Source of the DNA: Escherichia phage phi92
Direction: 5' to 3' (one strand)
Sequence record: NC_023693.1
Length of the DNA stretch: 64,000 nt
The notes below the pieces were generated by a model. It saw only the letters and a list, made by a program, of their open reading frames with translations, searched no databases and had not been told where the DNA came from. Within the stretch, counting starts at the first letter, position 1, and each line of letters opens with the position of its first letter. A program made the position numbers and the translations under genes. Below, piece by piece: positions 48,169 through 56,964 of this stretch.

Positions 48169-48774
48169 TTAACGACGACGTGAGCTACTAAAACTACGTT
48201 TCGACGAAGAATAACTTTTCGAAGACTTACTATAAGAGCTAATAGGGCTTGAGTAAGACTTACGAGCAGAGTAATCACTATTCACTTTCGTTGTTGATGG
48301 GCGTGAATACGTTTGTACACTTTGCTGCTTAATTGTGTTTTGTTTAGTGGTTGTATATGTATTTCCTTGTTTATCATAAAAACTATGCTTTTGTGTTGTA
48401 TATGCTTTACTGTTAGTTGTAGGAGCAGCGTTGTTATTAATAATTGTTGTGTTGCTACCACCATCTCTATAACCGCCACCGCCACTATTACCACTCAACA
48501 TATGACCAAGAAGCATACCTGTAGCAAACTCACCTACACCAGAAGAACCACTGCCGCCTCCTTGCACAACAACTGTTGAAGGTTGTGCAGGTGCTGCTTG
48601 AACAACTTGAGGTGCAGGCTGATTTACATATTGTTCATCTACCATCTGATTTGGTGTTTGTTGGTAACGTTGATTTTGTACATTTTCAGAATCATCACAA
48701 CCTACCAGCAATGCACTACCTAAAACAACTGCAACAATAAAAGATTTAATGTTTTTCATTTGTAACCCTCTCAT
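48169..48774 (-). CDS. putative lipoprotein with low-complexity Ser/Tyr-rich C-terminus
   Basis: Signal peptide with lipobox-like LLVGC; Gly-rich stretch; C-terminal SYSSPISSYSKSSKSYSSSKRSFSSSRRR. Confidence 0.45.
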   Translation of the reverse strand: MRGLQMKNIKSFIVAVVLGSALLVGCDDSENVQNQRYQQTPNQMVDEQYVNQPAPQVVQAAPAQPSTVVVQGGGSGSSGVGEFATGMLLGHMLSGNSGGGGYRDGGSNTTIINNNAAPTTNSKAYTTQKHSFYDKQGNTYTTTKQNTIKQQSVQTYSRPSTTKVNSDYSARKSYSSPISSYSKSSKSYSSSKRSFSSSRRR

Positions 48775-48952
48775 TTAAAGTCTCAACACAATTTTTAAAA
48801 TCCCTAGAGAAACAATACATCTGTTCTCCGTTCCTGTTGATAGTAATTGTATGGTTATCAATATATGTTGTCAAGATAAAAATCAAACAAAACAACCCTA
48901 GAGCAAAACAAATATTTTCAAACAGAATCCAAAGAACACGTAAAACCACCAT
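48746..48952 (-). CDS. small membrane protein
   Basis: 68 aa with an N-terminal hydrophobic helix. Confidence 0.35.
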   Translation of the reverse strand: MVVLRVLWILFENICFALGLFCLIFILTTYIDNHTITINRNGEQMYCFSRDFKNCVETLNERVTNEKH

Positions 48953-48967
48953 CAGATCACCTCAACA

Positions 48968-48985
48968 AAGCCCCCGAAGGGGCTT
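48968..48985 (-). terminator. GC hairpin, possible terminator downstream of terC
   Basis: AAGCCCC-cgaa-GGGGCTT, weak T-tract. Confidence 0.4.
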
Positions 48986-48991
48986 AATGAA

Positions 48992-49969
48992 TTAAGCAAC
49001 AGTCTGGTCTTCTTTTTCAGGGAAGATTAAACTTGCAACAACACCCAACCCAAGAGTACCTAACACAATATACATACTGATCGTCGGATCAATGTGTGCT
49101 GGCAGGAAACTGGCTTTTGCGTGCAGAGTTTCTGCAAACGGGTGATACATCAGTTTTACACCCACAAACACCAGGACTACGATAACTGCTTTCTCCAGAT
49201 GAACCAAATATTTCAGTGCAACACTAAGGACAAAGAACAGAGCACGTAGACCTAAGATTGCACAGAGCATCGAAGAGAACACTAGCAGAGGTTCTTGTGT
49301 CACTGCAATCACTGCTGGAACAGAGTCTACTGCAAAGATTACGTCAACCATTTCCATTACAAACACACAAACCAGAGCCGGAGTTGCTACACGAACACCA
49401 TTTTTGATTGTGAAGAACTTCTCACCATCCATCTGATCAGATACAGGGAACAGCTTACGAACAATGCGAGTAGCCCAGTGTTTAGAGTAATCAACTTCTG
49501 CATCATTATCTCCAGCGAATACCATTTTAGCCGCACAGAAAAGGATGACAGCACCGAAGAAGATATTAACATACCAGCCCAAACTCAACAAGTAAGTACC
49601 TACTGCTACAAACACACCTCGGAAGACAATCGCACCTGCAATACCCCAAAGTAGAATCTTGTGCTGCAAGTGTGTGCTTTTAATACCAAAACTTGCGAAT
49701 ACTGCTACAAATACTACTAAGTTATCTACAGAAAGAGATTTCTCCAACACATACCCACTCAAGAACAAGCTCGCAAAATCAGCACCGTGTTGGAAGTATA
49801 CAAAACCATAGTAGGCTAATGATACCCCAATCCAGAAAATTGACCAGCCAATTGCAGATTTAAATGAAATTTCTTTGTTTTCTCTGTGTCCAAAGAAATC
49901 AATACAAATCGACAAGACTAAAATACCCACTAAAACAACCACATCAATAATTGGGAAACCCAGTTGCAT
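48992..49969 (-). CDS. terC: TerC-family integral membrane protein
   Basis: Multiple TM helices and the characteristic EKSLSVDNL segment. Confidence 0.6.
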   Translation of the reverse strand: MQLGFPIIDVVVLVGILVLSICIDFFGHRENKEISFKSAIGWSIFWIGVSLAYYGFVYFQHGADFASLFLSGYVLEKSLSVDNLVVFVAVFASFGIKSTHLQHKILLWGIAGAIVFRGVFVAVGTYLLSLGWYVNIFFGAVILFCAAKMVFAGDNDAEVDYSKHWATRIVRKLFPVSDQMDGEKFFTIKNGVRVATPALVCVFVMEMVDVIFAVDSVPAVIAVTQEPLLVFSSMLCAILGLRALFFVLSVALKYLVHLEKAVIVVLVFVGVKLMYHPFAETLHAKASFLPAHIDPTISMYIVLGTLGLGVVASLIFPEKEDQTVA

Positions 49970-50046
49970 TCTTTTCTCCTCTTTAATGCGGAGGACAATC
50001 CTCCGCTCTATGTCGTATACTATAAACTGTTTTTAAAGAAAGTCAA

Positions 50047-50295
50047 CTAGTTCAGTTCTGTAATTTTAAGTTTATCTTCTTTGTTAATGATAGGGAAAGC
50101 TACAGCATCACCTACATCATCAATAAAGCAAATAGCAAGACCACCTTCCACTTTGCTAACCTGACCATTAAAGGCGTGATACGGGGCAGGAACAATATCT
50201 CCATCTTCAAGGAGAATAGCCTCATAAACCTTACCAATAGTACAATCACGAGTGTTTTTAAATTTTTCAAGCACTTCAACATTTACTTTACGCAT
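50047..50295 (-). CDS. hypothetical protein
   Basis: 82 aa ORF. Confidence 0.4.
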   Translation of the reverse strand: MRKVNVEVLEKFKNTRDCTIGKVYEAILLEDGDIVPAPYHAFNGQVSKVEGGLAICFIDDVGDAVAFPIINKEDKLKITELN

Positions 50296-50309
50296 ATAAA
50301 GATCCTCTC

Positions 50310-50516
50310 TTATTTGTTAGATTGAAAGATACCACGAAGTACCGCAAGAATGAACGTCACACAGACTACACTCCAAAACGTTACAGGAACATGATGCCAG
50401 TCTAAACCGATAATGTCAATCATATAGTTGTATGCTAAAAGCAGTAGCCAACTAGGGATTAACACAATCAAGAACACAACAATAAAACAACCTAATACTG
50501 CTAAAACACCTGCCAT
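50310..50516 (-). CDS. small membrane protein
   Basis: 68 aa, two hydrophobic helices. Confidence 0.4.
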   Translation of the reverse strand: MAGVLAVLGCFIVVFLIVLIPSWLLLLAYNYMIDIIGLDWHHVPVTFWSVVCVTFILAVLRGIFQSNK

Positions 50517-50525
50517 ACTTTCTCC

Positions 50526-51242
50526 TTATTTCAGTTTGTAAACAATTACATTTAAACCTTTGTTCACTAGAGTTTCTTCGATCATAAGTTTTACAATATT
50601 CCAAGAACCTCCAGCCAAACCACAACCAAGCATTGGTAAACCTACAATTTTACCGCCTGAAGATACAACATCGTCTCCCATACTATCTAACGCATTGTAG
50701 ATAGCTTCATAATTCAGGTCACGCTTACCTTCCTCACGACGACTATAACCATATTGTCCATATAAATTATAAATTGTCAAATTGTTTTCTGTATACTTAG
50801 TAAACGTACCTAATTTTTTATAATCACCACGTTTAGTGGCACAATCTGCTTTAAACGCACCAGGCCACTTGCTTTTAATTTTTGGTGCAATACCACTACC
50901 CATAGTGCAAAAACAGTTACAGCAGTGTGCTATAGCGTCTATATCGCCTCTCTCGGCTGCTGCTAAAAGATCACCGTATACCTCAATGATACCTGCTGGA
51001 TAACTTGTTACAATTTCATCTTCCCAGTACATTTGCTCTACACCACCGATCAGTGCAAAGTTTTGTGTAATGCGATCATCAATATAATTAAGACCTGAAA
51101 CATACACAGCATATTCATCCTGTGCTGTAATACCTTGTACACGAATTCTTAAGACACCATCTTTATCTGTTGCTACACGCCCAAAATCTTTTTCTGTAAT
51201 ATTGGTGATAGGATCTCCGAAAGTCGTCACTTTATTAGACAT
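50526..51242 (-). CDS. macro domain protein (ADP-ribose binding/processing)
   Basis: IDAIAHCCNCFCTMGSGIA and LGCGLAGG resemble macro-domain Gly-rich loops; start taken at the internal ATG (MSNKV...) that overlaps the upstream stop (ATGTCTAA); the ORF track extends to 51359. Confidence 0.45.
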   Translation of the reverse strand: MSNKVTTFGDPITNITEKDFGRVATDKDGVLRIRVQGITAQDEYAVYVSGLNYIDDRITQNFALIGGVEQMYWEDEIVTSYPAGIIEVYGDLLAAAERGDIDAIAHCCNCFCTMGSGIAPKIKSKWPGAFKADCATKRGDYKKLGTFTKYTENNLTIYNLYGQYGYSRREEGKRDLNYEAIYNALDSMGDDVVSSGGKIVGLPMLGCGLAGGSWNIVKLMIEETLVNKGLNVIVYKLK

Positions 51243-52092
51243 AATAATCCCCTTTAACATTAGATTTGTTGATAATGTTGCTTTCAAAAAATTGACGCAG
51301 GAAATCAAAGTTCTCTTTGTATTTTTCAATATTATTGTAACCTTCTGCAAGGCAACCAAAGAACAGTTGTTCTACATAATACAAAGGAAGTTGTGAAAGT
51401 GCAATTTTAAAATCAACTTCGCTTTGACTCATTAGATACTTAATAGGACGAACCAAACATTTAGCATCAGTTTCTTGCTTAATCATTTTAATAAAAGCTG
51501 CCAGGTTATTGATATAGTTGAAGTTAAGTGCAGCTTCGGTGTTGGCTTCTGTACCTTCATACTTTGCAAAGTACAGGAAAAACGTATCGTTTTCAACACC
51601 TTCTTTGTCTAAAATTTCAATAAGTTTTTCTTCGTGTGTACCTGTAATATTAACATCATCAATGAAAATCAGATTTTTATCGCCCCAAAAATCACGATTG
51701 ATAGAGAAAGTATCACCATCGATCAAAGCCTTACGATCTTCTTTGCTAAGAAATCCATAATCATTGATATAGCTCACTTTACGATGAACGATATCCCACT
51801 CTACTGCTTTACCTCCTTTGATAGAGATTAGGTAGTTGAGGTGATCTACAAAATGTTCAGATAACACTGTAGCTGCATTTTTAACATAGTTATATGGAGA
51901 TGGAATAACAACAAAACTTTCATTTACCAGTCGTTCTTCATATTTAGAAAAGAAACTTTCAGCCAGAATGCGTCCCATTCTTTTTGCTGCCTGGTTGCTG
52001 CCAAACTTTAGTTTGGAATAATCTGCAATGTTAAATTTTGCTTCCTTCAGGTTAGTAAAAGTATTAGCAAAATGTTGAATTTGATTACGCAT
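51235..52092 (-). CDS. phosphoribosyltransferase (type I PRTase fold)
   Basis: NLIFIDDVNITGTHEEKL matches the PRPP-binding motif (hydrophobic strand, DD, then TG-T). Confidence 0.5.
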   Translation of the reverse strand: MRNQIQHFANTFTNLKEAKFNIADYSKLKFGSNQAAKRMGRILAESFFSKYEERLVNESFVVIPSPYNYVKNAATVLSEHFVDHLNYLISIKGGKAVEWDIVHRKVSYINDYGFLSKEDRKALIDGDTFSINRDFWGDKNLIFIDDVNITGTHEEKLIEILDKEGVENDTFFLYFAKYEGTEANTEAALNFNYINNLAAFIKMIKQETDAKCLVRPIKYLMSQSEVDFKIALSQLPLYYVEQLFFGCLAEGYNNIEKYKENFDFLRQFFESNIINKSNVKGDYYV

Positions 52093-52741
52093 TAATAAGT
52101 TCCTCTTTTTTAAGTTTAGCCAACAAGTCTTCTGGATTAATAATATGACAGAACTTCATCCCTATGTCAACAGCTTTTCCATCATAAATCAAACTATCTC
52201 CAACGTGTAAAATCTCCTCTGGTGCGAGATCAAACGTTACCATTTCATCAAAAGAGAGTTTAAAAAACCTAGGATCTGGTTTACACAAGCAAAACTCATC
52301 AGAAAAATGCATAAAGTCAAATGGTAATTTTGTCAAGCCAGAATATACAGCTAAGAAACTACCAGGTACAAAATTAGTATTGCTCTTAATACTCAAAGAG
52401 TAGGTTGAACTTAGCTCTTCCAACTTCTTGCAAAGTTCAGGATTCAAGGTTGGAGGATGTTTTATAAACATTGCTAAACAGTCTCTTTTTAACCCATCCA
52501 CTTTATCAAGATCAATGTTCAAACGAGTAGAAAGTGTTACCCAAGCATCCTTAGACGTTCCACAAATGCCTTTTTCTGCTTTTAAATCCAAGAGAGTTTT
52601 TACCTCTTTATATACGGTAGCTGCTTCTACCTCAGAACAAGAGGCATACTCGGCAATAACCTTGTTGCGCTCTTCTGCATACAAAGGGTTAGCAGTAATA
52701 AGAGTATTCCATACATCAAAAGAAATATGCTTAACAGTCAT
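52085..52741 (-). CDS. HAD-superfamily hydrolase
   Basis: N-terminal HISFDVWNTL (motif I-like) and C-terminal HVGDSLIYDGKA (motif IV-like); start taken at ATG 52741 with GGAGGA RBS (the ORF track starts at TTG 52759). Confidence 0.45.
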   Translation of the reverse strand: MTVKHISFDVWNTLITANPLYAEERNKVIAEYASCSEVEAATVYKEVKTLLDLKAEKGICGTSKDAWVTLSTRLNIDLDKVDGLKRDCLAMFIKHPPTLNPELCKKLEELSSTYSLSIKSNTNFVPGSFLAVYSGLTKLPFDFMHFSDEFCLCKPDPRFFKLSFDEMVTFDLAPEEILHVGDSLIYDGKAVDIGMKFCHIINPEDLLAKLKKEELINA

Positions 52742-52910
52742 TTTTAATCCTCCGTCCAAAAGAATATCATCTGCTTAATTTTATTGATTTCTTGATGTAG
52801 TAACTTTCCAGCATGTGATTGATCTTTAATATTGACAGCAAGAATTTCAAGTTCCGTTAGTTTTTCTTGGATAGCTTTATATTCATCATCTGTAAGCATT
52901 TTCTTCCCCT

Positions 52911-53102
52911 TTAGAATGGTAATCTTTGTATGTCACTTATCCCCACACCAAGAAGTCTAGCAATATCCTTATCTAAAAGCAACTCTTTTTGTTCTAAAAT
53001 GTTAATCAGATCTCCTAATACTTCTTTAATGTCACGATCATTTTTAGCAACGTGACCACCTGCCGTATCAACTTTATCTTTAAAAACAAAGTAATGATCC
53101 AT
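52911..53102 (-). CDS. hypothetical protein
   Basis: Start taken at the second ATG (MDHYF...), which has GGAGGG RBS; the ORF track extends to 53114. Confidence 0.35.
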   Translation of the reverse strand: MDHYFVFKDKVDTAGGHVAKNDRDIKEVLGDLINILEQKELLLDKDIARLLGVGISDIQRLPF

Positions 53103-53111
53103 AATACCCTC

Positions 53112-53142
53112 CATATAAATAAAGGAGGCTTTCGCCTCCTTT
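53112..53142 (-). terminator. intrinsic terminator downstream of the AAA+ ATPase gene
   Basis: AAAGGAGGC-gaaa-GCCTCCTTT followed on the - strand by ATTTATAT. Confidence 0.5.
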
Positions 53143-53148
53143 TATCAC

Positions 53149-54309
53149 TTAGTAAGAACGAGCACCAAACACATACTCTGTGTAGTTTTTACGTTCTTTG
53201 TTTTTAATAACAACTTCAATGTTGTTGCCTTTATCATCGGTGAACACAAAGTGATAACCGTCACCACCCATTGTACGGATGTGTTTTTCATCATACGTCA
53301 GCAAGATACGGTCTACACCCCAGTAGTAGTCACCTTCTTCATCTTTGTCTTCTACTGTAACGACCCCTTCCATTTCAGGAAGATGTTCTTCTCCTAGCTT
53401 ATGGTCTACAGCTACAACATAACGATTACCGCTAAACAAACCCTGTGCTGTCATACCGTCAATATCGGTATCTGCCGAAACATCTCCTGTACGATCTACA
53501 CCGTTGACTTTCAGAAGTTTAACTTCTTTTGCAGCATAGCGGTGTTCAGTAATACTGATACCCATTAATGCAAGTGCATCAGAGAATTTGTCATTAGGGT
53601 AACGGTTAAGTTCTTCTACTAATGACTGAACAATATCAAAGTTCAAGTCCACGGAAAGATTATAAAGCGTTTCAAAATCTGGTAAAAAGGCTTTGTTCTC
53701 CAGATTTTTAGCCAGATAGTCATCCATAGTAGCTTTAGGTAGTTTCTTATAGCTAAAGCTGTAGAAAATACGGCTAGGACGATTACGCAAAAATTCTGAT
53801 ACATAACCATCGTTTTTAGTCAATACAAACAGCTTGTCGTAGCCACCTACACCATCCAGCAGGGTAAGCAAGCCATCCTGTGCATCTTTTTCAGCATACA
53901 GTTTATCAAATTCATCGATCATAATCATCACAGGTTGTGTGATTTTAGACATAAAATTGATAAAGCCTTCGCCATTAAAAGCACTACCGATAGGAATAGT
54001 AGGAATACCCATTTCACGAAGAGCAGAAGACAGCATTTTAGCTTGCAAAGTTTTACCGCTACCCTTCGTACCCTCAAGGAGAACACCTGTGTTTTTACCT
54101 TTGCGGCTAAGGAACGTCTTGATAATACGTTCTGATTTATCATCAGTATCACCGTATGTTACTGAAGGGACTTCCATATCGTTTTTAGGATACAGGAAGA
54201 ACTCACCACTTTGAGTAACACCTACACCAAAAGTTCCTGCTGGAATTTCTTCAATATCTGTACCAGACTTCTGACGCAGGAAGATTTGATTGCCGAATAC
54301 TGTAAACAT
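53149..54309 (-). CDS. AAA+ ATPase
   Basis: Walker A GTKGSGKT and Walker B VMIMIDEFD. Confidence 0.55.
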   Translation of the reverse strand: MFTVFGNQIFLRQKSGTDIEEIPAGTFGVGVTQSGEFFLYPKNDMEVPSVTYGDTDDKSERIIKTFLSRKGKNTGVLLEGTKGSGKTLQAKMLSSALREMGIPTIPIGSAFNGEGFINFMSKITQPVMIMIDEFDKLYAEKDAQDGLLTLLDGVGGYDKLFVLTKNDGYVSEFLRNRPSRIFYSFSYKKLPKATMDDYLAKNLENKAFLPDFETLYNLSVDLNFDIVQSLVEELNRYPNDKFSDALALMGISITEHRYAAKEVKLLKVNGVDRTGDVSADTDIDGMTAQGLFSGNRYVVAVDHKLGEEHLPEMEGVVTVEDKDEEGDYYWGVDRILLTYDEKHIRTMGGDGYHFVFTDDKGNNIEVVIKNKERKNYTEYVFGARSY

Positions 54310-54329
54310 AGTTTTCTCCTCTATTTAAT

Positions 54330-54800
54330 TTAGTCAGATTCCCAAATGTTGTCTTTCTTAATCCACATTCGTTGATTATCTGAACCTCTATAACGTTTCG
54401 TTGTTGGTTGATTCATATCATACTTACCATCTATCACTATGTCAACCAGTTTTTTAATTTTTTCTGGAATTTCCTCAAAAAGATATCCTGTATATAAGAC
54501 AATATCTTTTTTGTTTCCAAAACAATCTCTTACCTTCTCAAGAACATACTCTACAGTGTCAATGTTCTCTTTGTCAAGAGGTTCACCACCTAAAACTGTT
54601 AATCCTTTAATGAAAGGTCGAGATAAATCTTTCAAGATAAGATCTAATGTTTCAGTAGTGAACTCTTGTCCGTAGTTATACGACCAGGCTTTCTGGTTAA
54701 AGCAGCCACGGCAACCGTGGCTACAACCGCTCACCCACAAAGAGCATCTTACACCGTCACCGTTGAGCATGTCAACAGGTTCATATCCGGCGTAATTCAA
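54330..54800 (-). CDS. nrdG: anaerobic ribonucleoside-triphosphate reductase activating protein (radical SAM)
   Basis: Cys cluster CSHGCRGC (CxxxCxxC), 156 aa, immediately downstream of nrdD with ATGA overlap. Confidence 0.7.
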   Translation of the reverse strand: MNYAGYEPVDMLNGDGVRCSLWVSGCSHGCRGCFNQKAWSYNYGQEFTTETLDLILKDLSRPFIKGLTVLGGEPLDKENIDTVEYVLEKVRDCFGNKKDIVLYTGYLFEEIPEKIKKLVDIVIDGKYDMNQPTTKRYRGSDNQRMWIKKDNIWESD

Positions 54801-55738
54801 AAATGTTTCTCCCTTTCTAGTACCTCTTGCATTTTACCTTTATTATAAGGGCGAGAGTTAGGGGCAGAAAGGTATCCTGACACTCTTCTGATCACAGATA
54901 TGGATTCTTCTTCATGATTACCGCAACTTGGACACTCGAAGCCTTTAGCCGTTGCTTTAAATTCACCATGAAAACCACATTTGAAACACTGATCTACAGG
55001 TTGGTTCACGCCAAAATAAGGAATTTTATTGTAGGCATAATCTACAAGAGTTTCCAGTGCTTGCAAGTTATTTTTAAGGTTTGGTGTTTCTACATAACCT
55101 ATGTTCCCACCATTACTAATTTGTGCAAAACCTTCCTCATAATCCCACTTTTGGAACGGGGTAGTGTGCATCCATACAGGTTGATGGAAAGAGTTTGTCA
55201 AGTAGTCACGATCAATAGAACCAGGATAGCGATCATTTAACGCTTTGGCAAATTTATAGCACAAGGATTCTGCTGGTGTTCCATACAAACTAAAAGCTAA
55301 ACCAGAACGTTCTTTAAATGTGCCACAGATATCCTTCATATATTGAAGGATGTTTTTACCCATTGCTTTTGGATTGGTGTTACCTGGGTATAAAATCTCC
55401 ATAGCTTCTGCTAAACCTACATAACCGATACTAATAGAGGCATAACCACCTTCGAATAGTTTACCAATCTCTTCATTAGCTTCTAATCGAGCTAAAGCCC
55501 CTTCCATAAACAATGTAGGGTTTTGAGATGCTTTGGTATGTCTAATACGGTTAACACGTAGCATATGTGCCTTATACGCCATCTCCATATGTTGTTCCAA
55601 CAGTTCAGTAAATAAGATGCCCTTTTCACGGGACTCTGCTGCAATGATAGGTAAGTTTAAAGAAACTACGCCTAAGTTGAAACGACCATCATATTTTTCA
55701 CCTTGCTCTGTTGCATAGTATGACAAGAAACTTCTACA
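54797..55738 (-). CDS. nrdD: anaerobic ribonucleoside-triphosphate reductase, exon 2
   Basis: Begins CRSFLS... in continuity with exon 1; C-terminal zinc ribbon (CFKCG...CPSCG) and glycyl-radical region RRVSGYL. Confidence 0.7.
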   Translation of the reverse strand, partial: CRSFLSYYATEQGEKYDGRFNLGVVSLNLPIIAAESREKGILFTELLEQHMEMAYKAHMLRVNRIRHTKASQNPTLFMEGALARLEANEEIGKLFEGGYASISIGYVGLAEAMEILYPGNTNPKAMGKNILQYMKDICGTFKERSGLAFSLYGTPAESLCYKFAKALNDRYPGSIDRDYLTNSFHQPVWMHTTPFQKWDYEEGFAQISNGGNIGYVETPNLKNNLQALETLVDYAYNKIPYFGVNQPVDQCFKCGFHGEFKATAKGFECPSCGNHEEESISVIRRVSGYLSAPNSRPYNKGKMQEVLEREKHF

Positions 55739-56017
55739 CATTATGTTCAAAGTGGCTCGCAAGGCCACTCCCGCACCATTACGTGCTGCTGCATGTCACC
55801 ATGCAGATCAGACTATATCTTCATGCTTAAAGCATGTCTACCATTTGGGGTGTCATAGGCTTACACCCTACGCTGCTACATTCATCACAGCTAGTCGTTA
55901 GGCATTTCGTAACAGTACCCCCTTCTTCTGTGTTGGGAGTTCTGTTACGTTTAGCACGGGATTGTCTCGTTGAGAGTTCCCCCGTTTAGGCAGATTTTAC
56001 ATGAGCAGTTATAGTTT
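55739..56017 (-). ncRNA. group I self-splicing intron (ORF-less) interrupting nrdD
   Basis: 279 nt with no ORF separating two in-frame nrdD halves; exon 1 ends in U and the intron ends in G; paired elements present (ACGACTA/TAGTC P7-like, CTGCATG-GTGA-CATGCAG hairpin with GNRA loop, CATGC-TTTAA-GCATG hairpin); resembles my recollection of the T4 nrdD (sunY) intron core. Confidence 0.65.
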
Positions 56018-56875
56018 ACCCATGCTTGTGACGCGACCATCTGAAGATCCTGTAACTTCTTTGTTTAAAGGTACAGAGATAAAATCAGGATAAATGCGTT
56101 CAGCACAACACTCCATTGCCAGTTGCTTCAAATCATAGTTTGGATCGCCAGCTTTCATGTTAACACCATCTTCCAAGAAGAAGATAACTTTAGGAAACAC
56201 AGGAGTTACCCTATCTTTTCCTAATCCTTGTTTGTGCACCATTAGGTAGTTTTTAGTGATCATTCTACCAAAAGCAGAGGTATCCAAACCTAAACTAATT
56301 GTTATAAAAGGTGACTGACCATTTACACTCATTAGAGTGTTCACCTGGTAGATTAAAGTTTGCATTGCATCATAGACCTGTTTATCTACCATACGCATAG
56401 CAATATCATAATCGCCAACATCGGCATATATTTTATTAAAACTTGCTTTAACGTATTGACTAAGCCCAGTATCAACATGTGCACAAGTTTGTCCACCATA
56501 TTGGCTAGAAGCTACTGCTTGAATAATTTGAGTTAGGACAGTAGTCGCTACACCGATAGATTTTGGTTTTTCAATATGTGCATTACCAATACGGAAACCG
56601 TTCTCAAGCATATCTTGGTAATTTACCAGGCAACAATTAGTTAAAGGTGAGAGTAAATAATCTAAATCGTGAATGTGACCATACCCACTTTTATGCCATT
56701 CTGCCAGATCTTCCGGTAAAATATGGGTCATTGCCATGTGCTTGCTTAGGATACCTGCTAGTAAATCTCGGTGAGTATTAACAATCATTGCAGGTTTGTT
56801 TGCATTTTCACGAGTAAATTCTTCGGATGTTTGTTCGAGGAATCCGATTACATCCTCATATAGTTTTTGGGTCAT
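56018..56875 (-). CDS. nrdD: anaerobic ribonucleoside-triphosphate reductase, exon 1
   Basis: N-terminal NrdD-like sequence (RDLLAGILSKH, HIHDLDY, TNCCLV, IEKPKSIGVAT); the ORF track runs two codons (KL) into the intron before the stop. Confidence 0.7.
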
Positions 56876-56884
56876 TAATCCTCC

Positions 56885-56917
56885 GTGGAAAATAAAAGCC
56901 AGCTTAATGCTGGCTTT
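56885..56917 (-). terminator. intrinsic terminator upstream of nrdD
   Basis: AAAGCCAGC-ttaat-GCTGGCTTT followed on the - strand by TTATTTTCC. Confidence 0.55.
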
Positions 56918-56964
56918 AGGGTGGATCTTTATTTTAAATCTTTTTCGTAAGATTGTCCTTGATC

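Noticed and set aside
50526-51359. Long N-terminal extension of the macro-domain ORF
   Set aside because: The first 39 codons overlap the upstream PRTase gene by about 125 nt; an internal ATG coupled to the upstream stop is the more plausible start.
43382-54309. Ter island as bacterial contamination or chimeric assembly
   Set aside because: Composition, gene density, coupling and strand orientation are continuous with the flanking phage replication genes, and phage-type genes lie on both sides; this cannot be proven without read data.
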